A stretch of 59,151 nucleotides of DNA, filler included, from Ionaspis alba (lineage: Eukaryota): assembly GCA_964255285.1 (NCBI GenBank). It is 6 parts of 6 records of this genome, joined end to end, with 100 filler letters (N's around TTAATTAATTAA, not from the genome) between each part and the next. Parts side by side here need not be neighbours in the genome. Positions count along the whole stretch, not along the records: positions 9,912 to 19,709 come from CAXUUL010000643.1; positions 19,810 to 29,605 come from CAXUUL010000644.1; 4 more parts are not named here. One strand, written 5' to 3'. A model generated the notes under the pieces. That model was given only the letters and a program-made list of their open reading frames with translations. It was not told where the DNA came from and did not search any database. The position numbers and the translations under genes are program-made. Every line of letters begins with the position of its first letter. Positions within the stretch are counted from its first letter, which is position 1. Below, piece by piece: positions 11,600 through 23,125 of this stretch.

Positions 11600-12859
11600 T
11601 TACGTTGTTGGCTTTCTACGCTTCACGGCTTCGATCCATTCGGGGGCGCGGGATGTGGGCACAACGTTGATCTTTACGATGCCATCGACGATTTCGACTT
11701 TGCCGCCGCTGAGGACTTTGAGGAGAGGGACTTTCTTGCCGAGTTTGAGGAGGCCACTGGAGCTGGTTTCCATGTATGCTTCTGTTGTTGTTGTGGTGTA
11801 CTCGTGGTTGGTGTCCCATGGGAGAGGAAATAGATAGTCCAAGTGTCCAATCAATGTTTGTTCTTCACCGAATGCTTTGATGAAATCTGATTGTAGGTGA
11901 AGTGGGTAGAGGATGACTACTGGGAATGTGAGAGTGCTCTTAAGGGAGAGCGGATCTGGGACAAGTCTGATGGCTGCGTCTTCCATGTCTGGTGGTTGGC
12001 CCGTGGATCGAGTTCTTATGCTTCGGATTTTCAATGCTTCGTTCAGGGTTGTTTGCTCGTTTTTCGCTCGTGTTTCTCGCTCTACCCGTTTCTGCTCGAC
12101 AGCGTCCTGGGCCGCTTTCTTCGCATTGACTTTTTCAAGAAGAGTTTGAAGGGCGGTATTGGTTGACGAGATCGCGAGGCCTTTGTTGCAAGCTTCGAGA
12201 GCTTCTGTGAGCTTGCCAAGCAAGAAGAACGCCTGAGCCATGCGATAGTATGCTTTGATATTGTCTGGGTTGATCTTCAGCGTCGATGCACAGTCTAGGG
12301 TACAGGACCGGTAGTTCTCTAGAAGTAAATGTCAGAATCTCTACTGTGAAGTCACGATTCGCTTTAAATGGAACATGAAATGGTAACCGCTCAACGACAT
12401 ACTGAGTTCTAAGTTACAGAGTGCTCTGTTCACATAGCATGCTTCCTGAACTACCCTCTCTCTCTTGTCCTCTTCATCACCTGAAGGATCGACCTCCTTC
12501 CTTTCCACTCTCAACGCCAACAAGGCCTTCGAGTATTGCTCCTTTCCATCAGACCACTTCTTAGCTTTGGCCATTTCGTTGCCTTGTTCTCTGAATCCTT
12601 CTGCGATTTCAGCTCTAGTCCCCTCGTACATCAAAGCCCGAATAGCGTCGAGTTCGGGATTTTCTTTGTCATCGGCATCTTCGAGCGATGTCATGAAGAA
12701 AGGAGATCTTTTCAGATCAGCGGCTACTTCGTCGACTGTCTGGTTTTTCATCTCGTATAGGTGTGGAGGGAGGGCTGGGACTGGAATTGGAGTGTCGACA
12801 CCACTGGCTGTAGTAGTGTTGGCATCATAGTCATCGGGGAGCTCCTCAACTTGCGGCAT
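11600..12859 (-). CDS. CNS1: Hsp70/Hsp90 TPR co-chaperone Cns1/TTC4
   Basis: Exons 12859-12403 and 12318-11600. SPFFMT motif; TPRs FREQGNE, YVNRALCNLELKNYRSC and NIKAYYR; C-terminal FPVVILYPLHLQSDFI wheel domain. Confidence 0.92.
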
Positions 12860-12937
12860 GATGGCGATCAGTACGCACGCTTTACTTGTAGAGAAAGTTA
12901 GACGGAGACAAGCGAGATGGGATTGAGTGAGTGGCAG

Positions 12938-12978
12938 AACTTTTTTCACCGCTTTCTTATCGATAAGGAAAGCCCTAA
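12938..12978. promoter_or_regulatory. CNS1/HIS5 divergent promoter elements: RRPE-like GTGAAAAAAGTT (minus strand), palindrome CTTATCGATAAG, GCCCTAA
   Basis: Perfect 12-bp palindrome at 12956-12967 (two inverted GATAA) in a 189-bp intergenic gap. Confidence 0.45.
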
Positions 12979-13048
12979 TTGTCTCATCGAGACATGTCTC
13001 TTTTCCACCTCGATTTCTAGTCGCTAATCTCCCATGTGATCTATCGCA

Positions 13049-14465
13049 ATGACAAGAAGAAGGTCTGCATTCGACCTGTCGACATGTGCTAGACCTAATA
13101 TTCTAGCACTTCAGCCGTATCGATGCGCTCGCGAGTACGTGATACGGAAATACTCCTGGATATATTCCCAGGCTGATCGAGTAGTGATTACAAGGACGAT
13201 GGCACTAATATCCTGCTCGATGCAAACGAAAATGCATACGGACCTGGTCTTGATCTAAATAGGGATGGGCACCTGTCCAACGGCACTACAAAAGGTCACA
13301 CAGGATCTCGAGGATCAGATATTGACTTTCTAGGGCTGAACAGATACCCGGATCCGTAAGTCTCTGAGACACCGTGAACACATGATGACTGATTCAAACA
13401 TCCAGACACCAGATTGACCTTAAGCAGCTACTATGCAATCTGCGCAATACTCATACCCATACGCCAAAATCACTAAAACCGGAAAACCTCTTTGTCGGGG
13501 TTGGCTCTGATGAGGCTATCGATGCCATACTTCGATGCTTCTGTGTTCCTGGAAGAGACAAGATTCTCACCTGTCCTCCGACGTATGGCATGTATGGCGT
13601 CAGTGCTCAGGTCAACGATCTCGAGGTTGTCAAGGTGCCATTAGATACCAACAATGCTTTCGCATTACAGCCTGAGGCAATCAACGAGCGACTAGCTGCA
13701 GACCCACATATCAAGATCGTGTACATTTGCAGTCCAGGCAATCCCACCGCAAATCTGATTTCAAAGACAGACATTGAAAAGGTACTACAGAACCCAACTT
13801 GGAATGGCGTTGTCGTACTTGACGAGGCCTATATCGACTTTGCGCCAGAAGGCTCAAGTCTTGCAGAGTGGGTCACGGAATGGCCGAACTTGATAGTCAT
13901 GCAAACACTCAGCAAAGCCTTCGGGCTAGCAGGAATAAGACTTGGAGCGGCCTTCACGTCGCCCGAGATCGCTGGGCTGCTAAACAATCTGAAAGCTCCC
14001 TACAATATATCGAGCCCGACAAGCACACTTGCATGTGCAGCTTTGCAGCCAGCAAGCTTGAAGGTCATGAAGAGTAACAGAGCTAAGATCCTGGCGCAGA
14101 GAGAAAGAATGCTAAAGGAGCTACCTGATGTTCCTGGAATAGGTAGCTTCCTCGGTGGGGCAGACTCAAATTTCTTGCTGGTGGAGATACTGGATAAGCC
14201 TCGGAGTCAGGGCGGCAAACCTAACAACGAGACTGCTCTTGCGGTGTACGAGAATCTGGCAGAGAGTAGAGGAGTGGTGGTGCGGTTCAGAGGTAAAGAG
14301 CCCGGCTGCAATGGATGTCTAAGGATCACCGTGGGAACAGAGGAGGAAGTTGATAAGTTCCTTGGAGAGATCAGATCTGTTCTAAGAGATATTCTGGGCG
14401 TGAGGATGCCTAGGAATGAGGAGGAAAACGCAAAGGAAGAATCTGCAAACGACATTATAGCTTAG
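13049..14465 (+). CDS. HIS5: Histidinol-phosphate aminotransferase
   Basis: Three exons. Motifs PYRCARDDY, LLDANENAYG, LNRYPDP, VGVGSDEAID, CSPGNPT, LDEAYIDF, QTLSKAFGLAGIRLG (PLP lysine) and LRITVG. Confidence 0.96.
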
Positions 14466-15690
14466 AACTGTTTCGTTTCATGTCTGGGACAGACACAATA
14501 ATCCCTTGCTTTTTAGATCTCGCTGCGGCGCCTCAAGGTGATGTCGAGAGAGTATAGAATGGAAGAGTAATTTCGAGGTTCGGGAGTCAACGTCGGCAAT
14601 GTGTTGAATACATTATTGGCCATATCTCATGGAGAGTATGTCATTTATCAACGCGAGAGACATAGGATACGGAACGATACCAGCAAGAAGAGGCGATATT
14701 CGTAAAGGCTTGAATGTATGCCAAATCTGGGGTACATCGATCTCTTGGTAGAAATGGCGCATAGTCGCCTGGAATAACGGATTCCCCGCTGAGGATAGAA
14801 GTGTCAGCTTCGTGACGTTGCTACTGCAAATCCCCTTTCTCCTGTCAGCTTATGCTCATAAAGTATTGCGTCCGGAGTATTAAACAGATCGACAATGGTG
14901 ACATCTGCGGGAGTGCCCGATCGTCCTCGGATCACCCCTACTCGACTCCCCCCATCGCCGCCCTACTACCCACTACTGATCTCTGCTGGTCCCGACTGGC
15001 TCTCTGACCCCACGCTAGATTTCTGCCCATCATGCGCGACGTGAGAGCAAGTCCGTGAACAAATCATCGTCTGAACACTTCATCTACTCCCCCCCACCAA
15101 CACTTTCCTCGTTGCTCACTGGCTGTTTATTGGCCTCTGCCATCATCTGCTCAGTCGTTACGGCTTCGTTCCTATCGTCGACCCGTCCACTTTACCATTA
15201 CTCAGTAGCTGAAGCAGCTCGTTGCAACCTGGTGTTGTTGCTGATGTTCAACTCACCAGACCCATAGAGTCAACAAGACTACTGCAGGCAACTCTCCACC
15301 CAGACAACCCCGCCTCCACCATCATAACTGATTCCGAATGCAGGTACGGCAAGGCTTTCGGTTTGGACTTCTTCATCGTCGCAATCTTGATCTCCGCAAT
15401 CGGTCAAAGTCGGCCACGGACGGCTCATGTGAATATACCTCACCCAGAAATGTCGCGAATATGTGCTTAGCTCAGAGGACATTCATAAGAGCGCAGCGGT
15501 GATTGCATCTAGCGTAAGGAGCACAGAACTACTATCACGGACCAGCTCCTAACTTTCTTCACGACTGATTCAATACTCTTTCGTTTCCACACACAGTGCC
15601 CCTCTCGAGCCTTTCTTCTTTTCCATGTAAAGTGAATGAGTCTTGGTCGGGTAATCTTGGGACGGCCAGGACATCTTCCTTGCCAACAGA

Positions 15691-18600
15691 ATGGCAAAGG
15701 TAGATGCCAAACGAGACTACTATGCAGACCTCGAACTCAATCGCTCCGCCGATGTAGCTGACATCAAGAAGTCCTTTAGAGCTCTAGGTGAGCACTCCCT
15801 ACCACATGATAGGATGTTCAGATTGCTAACTGATTCTTTTCTTAGCTCTCAAGTATCACCCAGATCGAAATCCCGGAAAAGAGGAGGAATTCATTGCGAA
15901 GTTTCAAGCCATCCAGTCTGCTTCCGAAGTCCTTCTAGATCCAGCGCAGAGAGCAAAGTATGATGCAGAACGCTTCAGAGCTAGCCTATCCAACAATTTC
16001 ACCTCTCCCACAGGACCTGAAATACCAAAAAGACCTCCTTACACGGGTTTCCCTCCTCCACCACGTCGTGCGCCTCAACCTACAACTCCCAAGACCACGT
16101 TTGCCAGACCTCCACCTAGTGGGGCTGGCAGATACACTGATTTTGCTGGAACTGATCGCAATACACGACCCACCTCTAACGATGATGCAAAGACGCGTGC
16201 AAATGCATCACGAGCTTGGGAGCAAATGAAGACTGGGCAGAAGGCACAAGGTTCATTTGGAAGTACACCAAATCCACCTACCAGACCTACGAGATCGAAC
16301 ACATTCCAGAGCTCTGCTCAGAAAAATGCTCCCAACCCGCCCACACCGAAAACGCGTTCTGGCTGGGATCAATTTCAGGAACAACCGAACCGGAATTTCC
16401 CCGGCATGTCAAGATCGAACACCACACGAACACCAAGGAAAGGGGGATTCGCTCCTAGCACACCCGGCGGCGACGAACCACAAGCTAGAAACACTTCAGC
16501 CTATGCAAATGTTACTGCTCGTGAGCGTGCTCAAGCACCGAATACTCAAGCACCAAGGCCTCATTCTCAGTATCCCCCACCGCCTCCTGGACCACCACCA
16601 ACTATTAAGAGGCCCGATCAGCAGCGTCCTGATCCTTTGAGACCATTCAGATCACCGCTGAGCACTGAGGATATATTCAGTACCAGCGAAAGGCTCAGCA
16701 CTCCATACGCAAAGTCTGGGGGTGAGAAGACCTATTTCTCAAGCGGGGAATTGAATCGGACTGCTAGCAATCATTCAAATGCGCCAAATTCGGGCGGGCG
16801 GCCTGGTGGTCTAACGCCTAATGGAAGGAGTCCTCGCTCACCTGGTGTGCCTGGGAGGCACCACAGTGCAAGCCCAAAAATGAGAAGCCCCGGTCCACGT
16901 CGCTCGTATTCTTCCTCGTCATCTTCTGGCTCCTCAGATGAAGATGAGCCAGTGATTCGAAGTCGACAGTACCACGGGTCAACTAGAAGAGCTAGTGCAG
17001 ACCATCGGTACTCAGCACCGCCGAACAATGGATTCCGTCGATCAGAACAATTAGCTTCGGCCAACACTGACGACGGAGACAGGCACTCGACAGAAGGGTC
17101 TAAGTCGCATTTCAGGTCGAGCTGGAATACTAATGACACTAATGGTCCGCATGCTGTTCCTAGGCAATATCCAGCTAGTCAGCCGAGCTCTCGCAAGGGG
17201 AGCTCAGGATCCGAGCAGGGAGAAGGTTTCTTGCAGCATCGCATGAGACAAAATGCCGAAAGAGCTCAACAGCTTCCAAGGTCGCCCCTGCACGCTACGC
17301 CACCAATGACATATCAGAACATCCAGAAACCACTGGAGAAATCACACAGCTGGGATGAAAAGAACGGAACCAGGGACAATGGCAACAGTCAGACGCAACC
17401 TGGACGTCATGTCCCGAGCGACTCAAAAGATTCTCGACCAATGTATGATACTTCCGAGTATAACTCGTCTCCTACTACTCCTCCTTCTTCATATGACTAC
17501 TCGAGTGACAAGAACCTTCCACAAGAACAAACTAAGCCAAAAATCCCGACGTCGTGGCCATACTGGGCTATCCCGTCCAGTGTGATGCCTATGGCGCAGG
17601 ATGAGGCTCCGAAGAAGCGCAAAGCCTCTTCAAATTGGACCAAAGAAAACGTCTTTGCAATGGTCAATGAAGCTAATCACACATCGTCCAATAGATTCCA
17701 CTTCCCGAACGATGCCTCGGGAACGAACTTCCCTATCAAGTCGAGCCGCAGCCATGAGAACATCAATACCAATTTCTCGCCCTCTGACTGGCATGGTAAA
17801 TTCTCGGGTGAACCTGGAGACTTTCTAAGCTCGAAGGAGAATGGAAACCGCGGACGTGGTAGATCTTCACCAACAAAGGCGCGACCATATCCTCAAACTC
17901 CATTTCGAGAGCGAATCAACATCAATATTCCAGATGGAATTGATCAGAAGGAAAGAAGTAAACAAATGCCTCCGCCGCCAACAGTCCCGAACCGACCCTC
18001 TTCACCAGCTCAAGTCAAATTCTCCGAAGAAGAGTGGCGGCAACAATTCAGGGAGCCAAATTGGGCCTATCCACCTCCTCCACCCCCAGCTCAGTCACCT
18101 CGGATCGGTTCCATGAAGCGCTCCAAAACACCTAGAGCTCTGTCCGGCACCACTAAGCGGCAAACAGTTCCGAAGCCTGCGAGTGTCTCCGCTACGGTAG
18201 ACGACGCTGGAGATGAAGAAGTCTTCTCAAACGGTCCCGAGAGCGTCATCGAGAGCGAAGTAAGCAGCGGCAATGGTAGTGCCATGGACATCGACCCTAC
18301 CTCCACCCCCCCAACAGCCTTCGGTCCACGAACGAGATCAGATGCAGATCCAGTCGTGCACGAAGATCCAATTCAAAACATCATCAGGTCTTCTGTCCCG
18401 CCACAGGCCAATGAGAAGAACACCACTGACACAGGATCATCCCACCTGAACCTCAACGATCTCAAAAACACTGCTCCCTTCGCCCCCAGCAACTCCGGCC
18501 TCAAAGACCTCCACGACCTCAACTCCACCCTCCCCTTCGAATCTGGCCCCTCAGCCATTCCCGGCCAATCCACCACCGCCCGCCAACTCGCTCTCCCTAA

Positions 18601-18937
18601 CCCGCCCAAAGCGCCTTTCATCCCCGAAACACTAACCCAGTCTTCCTGGGACTACTACATGGCATACATGCGCGCCTATATGGTCGAATGGAGCGTCTTC
18701 AACACGAAAATGGTCTCGCACTTCTCGAGTCGCCAGCTCGAAGTCGAGACCAAGCTTGGGAAAGATTGGATGAGCTCGGTGGGTGGTGAGGGCTATGCGA
18801 GGTATATGCGGGGTGTGGATGAAGATTTTAGAGTTCGTGCGCATTGGGAGGTGGGGTGGGAGAAACACAGAGAGTGTATGCGGAGTTTGGGGAAGGTGAG
18901 GGAGAAGGCTGTGAGGGGACAGTTTAGTCCTTGTTGA
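15691..18937 (+). CDS. DnaJ (J-domain) protein with a long Pro/Ser-rich disordered region
   Basis: RDYYADLEL...ALKYHPD (HPD motif) across intron 15788-15845, then open to 18937 with a helical C-terminal block (YMRAYMVEWSVFN...VRAHWEVGWEKH). Confidence 0.9.
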
Positions 18938-19709
18938 TTAAGCTATCCTTTAAGCGAATTGTGGATATTTGGGTACCTCGGGGTTTCTTCGTCGTCTCTT
19001 TGTCTTCGAATCACAACCTCTGCGCCAGGTCTCCCAACTCAGTTGCCTCGTTTTCCTGGTCAGCGAAACCTTCCGAGCGATTTCCTGCTTGGCCTCTGCG
19101 ACCAGCTGACTCTTTCATTCTGCGACTATTACCTCAACTCAACTTACTCGATTACCAGCATCTTCATTCCTTCCTAAGAGCTTGCCACAGCACGGCAAGC
19201 AAGCTATTCGGCAGTACACACCACATCGGGAGTTCTTTTGGTTTGTCTATCTGGATACTCTCCGCTATGCCGACAGTATATTCTGCCTGGCTACAGACCT
19301 TGCGAATAATGGGAGGGCTACTGCTATTCAGATAATGGGCCATGTGGCTTCTTATCTCGACCACCACTTTGGTGACAAGGTGTTTTGTTTCTCTGCTTTT
19401 TTTGTGTGTGCAATAGAAATATGGATAGCGAAGAAGTGCAGCGGGCACCAACAGACTTAGATAATTCTGTATTTACTAAACGAAGAAAACGTCCCCATGA
19501 CTTGTACAACCGAGGGTGATATGCTCGTAGTTACCAACATACCGAACGCGTGCTCTAAGCTCTAAATACGCCGCCTGCACCTGCAAGCTTGTTTGACCCA
19601 AACTCTACGTCTATACTCTTCCCCACTCTCAAACAGAGAAACAAACGAACTCACGCCCCATTTTCACCCCCATCCTCATAACTCTCCCCACCGACCCCCT
19701 CATCCATAA

Positions 19710-19809
19710 NNNNNNNNNNNNNNNNNNNNNNNNNNNNNNNNNNNNNNNNNNNNTTAATTAATTAANNNNNNNNNNNNNNNNNNNNNNNNNNNNNNNNNNN
19801 NNNNNNNNN
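19710..19809. other. Artificial scaffold linker N44-TTAATTAATTAA-N44
   Basis: Identical structure to the other four linkers. Confidence 0.98.
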
Positions 19810-21016
19810 AGAATCTTTATTTCTAGTGGAAGATTGATGGGAAGCGAGCGTAAGCGAAGTTGGATGAGGAGCCGTTGCGGACAAAATGATCTCCTTTCCG
19901 ACTTCAACTTATTCCAGAAGCGGTTTCCCTTTCCCATAAATATTGGATAAACTTTGTCTGATATCAGGAGTCTCCGATAAGTGGTATCTCATAATGTTTC
20001 CCTTTGCAAGATTCCTTACGGATCAATACTGTGATCGAATTCTTGGTCAGCGAGGCTGTACACATCCATGAAATGCTCCGGGATGGATGCTTTCTGCACA
20101 CAGCCCCTCGAATAGTTCCAACCCCTTGGACGAATCGCCACCACTGCTGCCCCGGACCACCAACAAGACTTCAATGCTGTTGATTACATATTCTCTACTG
20201 ACCCTGATTGGTGCCTTCATCGAATCTCGCTCATGCCGATTTCCTGAGACCCTTTTCTGAGTAAACAAGTTGGATCTGTTTCTTCGGCTGGGGTTCCCAG
20301 TCTACCGACCCGTTCCTTTTCAATGCGCCTCTCTGCGATGGGCGTAGTCTATGGCTTGTAGGTCTACGGAATGCGGAGCAGTGGAGCATCCATCGGGGCT
20401 TGGAGTGATTTTCATGCTGCCTAAATGTGTTTCTGAGATTGCAATTGCTCGAACAACATGGCTTGCCCACTCTGAAATGCCGCCGGCTGACCGTCTTTGC
20501 TTGATTTCTCACTGCCGAACGTTAGAATTCGAAGCTATTGAAGACACTACTTGCCTCGAACATCGGAGTATCTAACTGCTTTGGCAAATGACCCTACTGA
20601 AACGCTTGAAGGATTTCTTGTTCCATCAATCTGCGAACTTTACTATCATTGCTTTTTAATTATGGGTGCGACTCAACCACGAGGCCAATCTACTTAACCA
20701 CCCTACTGCCCAAGGGATCACCTGCTGCTTCGAGGCGCGGGCCTTAATATCGGTCAGGAAGGTCAAACCCACAACACAGCCCGTTATCAGCGGCTCCTCT
20801 CGCGGCGTGTCATGCATATTGAATGTGCTAAGCTTATATCGTATTGTCATCGAAGATCAGTTCTCATTCGGTACATCAGGAATTCGAGCCTTACTTCAGA
20901 ACTGTCCGAAGTTGGACCCTCTTGGCAACCGTCCCATATCTCACCGCTCACCCGAGCTTCATTATAACCTATCCTCATGTCCAGTGCGGAGGAAAACCCA
21001 AAAACGATAATCAACT

Positions 21017-21916
21017 ATGGACCACGGCCTTGTCGACCTGTCTCTTTTCGATGACTTCCCTGCTGCAGACCGTCACTTCGCTATCCCACATATGCCAGCC
21101 TTCCAGAGACTGTACCACGAGGTTTCGCGGGCTGGTACTCCTCGGGGAGTCTACATTCGCAACCCAAGATCATGCACCATGAAGCCTCTACCGCCTTTGC
21201 CAAGGAGAACTATCTGTGCGATCAGAGTCGACCCACGCCGAGGACACGGCGGATCTAGGTGCATCCTATCAAGAATTCAGCGGATGAGACTCGACGGACA
21301 CTCACCGAGACCAAGCCACTTCACGAACACCCTTCAACAGAGACGGAACGTCAATCCAATTCCACAACTCACCTTGTCAACCCCACACTCTGTCCCACAA
21401 CCCTCAGTAGAGGAGCAGACGGAAACAGCTGGTCGGCCTGCCTGTCCCATGATCTGGATACCAGAAGAGCAAATTTGGATGGTGGTCGAAGAGGAAGACC
21501 TCGCTGCCTATCTGCCAACGGAGTATTACTCTCCACCACCTTATGAAAGACGACAGTATGCCCACTCGGAACCTTCACCCAGCTTGCGACCACGGTCCGA
21601 GTCCTCGCCGATCCGGACCCAGTTCATGACTCTCATGGAACCTCGACATGATGACGAGAGACTATCACCCCTATTCCAGGAAGCTATCAATGGGCTTTCG
21701 ATGCTTGAATACGGTGACTCGAATGAGCCACCGACATTCCAAGTGGAACGAGATTGGCGGACTGATATCTCGAGACAGCAAAGCTCGAGGCGGGATAGCT
21801 GGCATACTGCTAGCAGTGGCATCAGCGCTGCCGATCCTGATCCTGTGGCAAATCCAAGGCTGTCCGAGTGGGAACGATGGGCCATTGACTTTGAACGACC
21901 TTCATCGGCGAGGTGA
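21017..21916 (+). CDS. Hypothetical protein with KPLPPLP and PPPY motifs
   Basis: 299-aa ATG ORF in otherwise non-coding sequence; no domain recognised. Confidence 0.6.
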   Translation: MDHGLVDLSLFDDFPAADRHFAIPHMPAFQRLYHEVSRAGTPRGVYIRNPRSCTMKPLPPLPRRTICAIRVDPRRGHGGSRCILSRIQRMRLDGHSPRPSHFTNTLQQRRNVNPIPQLTLSTPHSVPQPSVEEQTETAGRPACPMIWIPEEQIWMVVEEEDLAAYLPTEYYSPPPYERRQYAHSEPSPSLRPRSESSPIRTQFMTLMEPRHDDERLSPLFQEAINGLSMLEYGDSNEPPTFQVERDWRTDISRQQSSRRDSWHTASSGISAADPDPVANPRLSEWERWAIDFERPSSAR

Positions 21917-23125
21917 TCAAGGGAGCCTTCAACACCGAGGCCACACTACTCTTCCTTTTCGTCCGGACAATCACTACAAGACTCCAAACTTATTTGCCTC
22001 TAGATCATAGGCCTTTGGTCGCTAGCAAAATCCGAGATTCGGTAGACTTTGCGAACCGGTAGGCTGTCGAACCTAGGCCGTCCGCTTTACTCCATTCGTG
22101 AAGGAGGCGATCCACATCTGAATCTGACGTGTCTCGAACCACCACTCACTTCTTCGTCTCTGACACTGTCCAGCCCTCTGCCGATTTGAGAAGACCACTG
22201 AACGGCGAATCCTCGAGACACGAGTACCTCAGAGTATTTGTACTTGAGTTCAGCTACTTAATTACATCTCATGCATCCCTTTGAATGGTCTTACACAGCA
22301 ACCGTTCAACATTACACCCAACTTCACCATGAGCATCAAAAGTCTAATAGAAATCGTCCGCTTGAGTCAAAGATCAACGACTTGCCTTACCTCGTACAGG
22401 CACCTCTGCACTACAACAGAACACGAGAAAGATGACAGGCATGGCACAGTCAGCAAGCTGCATAACACAATGGTTTTCCCTTCACTTACAGGTAACGGGT
22501 ACTATCATCTCAACAAGCTCTACTCCAACACATCAGAAGTCCACAGGGGTTAGGGGTGTTAGACACAGAATTAGTATAGAACTACTACGCCTCAGATGAT
22601 AGAAAAATACCTTCTTATATTTGTAATTACCGTACAATAGCTACTATTCGATGCAGATACTAAAAGCACTTTACATTTTTCTTCATTTGCGTCCAGTTGT
22701 AGCATGTTCCCTGCCGTGCCAGCTAATCTGAACATGTCATCCGAGTGCTCATACCCACCTCCCTGTCTCTCGCTCTGTCATTAACGCAGAACTCGGTGTG
22801 CATCTCTAGGTTCGCTGCCGGCGGTTGCTTTAGGGGATGCTGACACTCAAACTAAACCGTAACGACAAAAGACCACGTACAAAACAAGCCCATCAATAAT
22901 TGCTACGCTAGTCCAATCGCCTGCTACTCATGCATCGCTCATAAGGTATAATAAGTCCTCGTGTAAAGCCCTGCCTCCTCCTTCCCTTCTTTCCAAATGC
23001 ATCTGTTCTCGCTATACCCTCGTTTGCCTTTCCTCGCCTTCGCTATAGTCGAATGCCTCCAAACCACTGATGGAGAAAAGCCAGCTCAGCTGACAAACCC
23101 ACGCATCATGTTCTCCCTGACCTCC

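Noticed and set aside
18931..20600. Short ORFs flanking linker 2
   Set aside because: No recognisable motifs or consistent exon structure, and the two sides belong to different scaffolds.
22545..22562. Telomere-like GGGGTTAGGGG
   Set aside because: Single degenerate unit with no tandem TTAGGG array.
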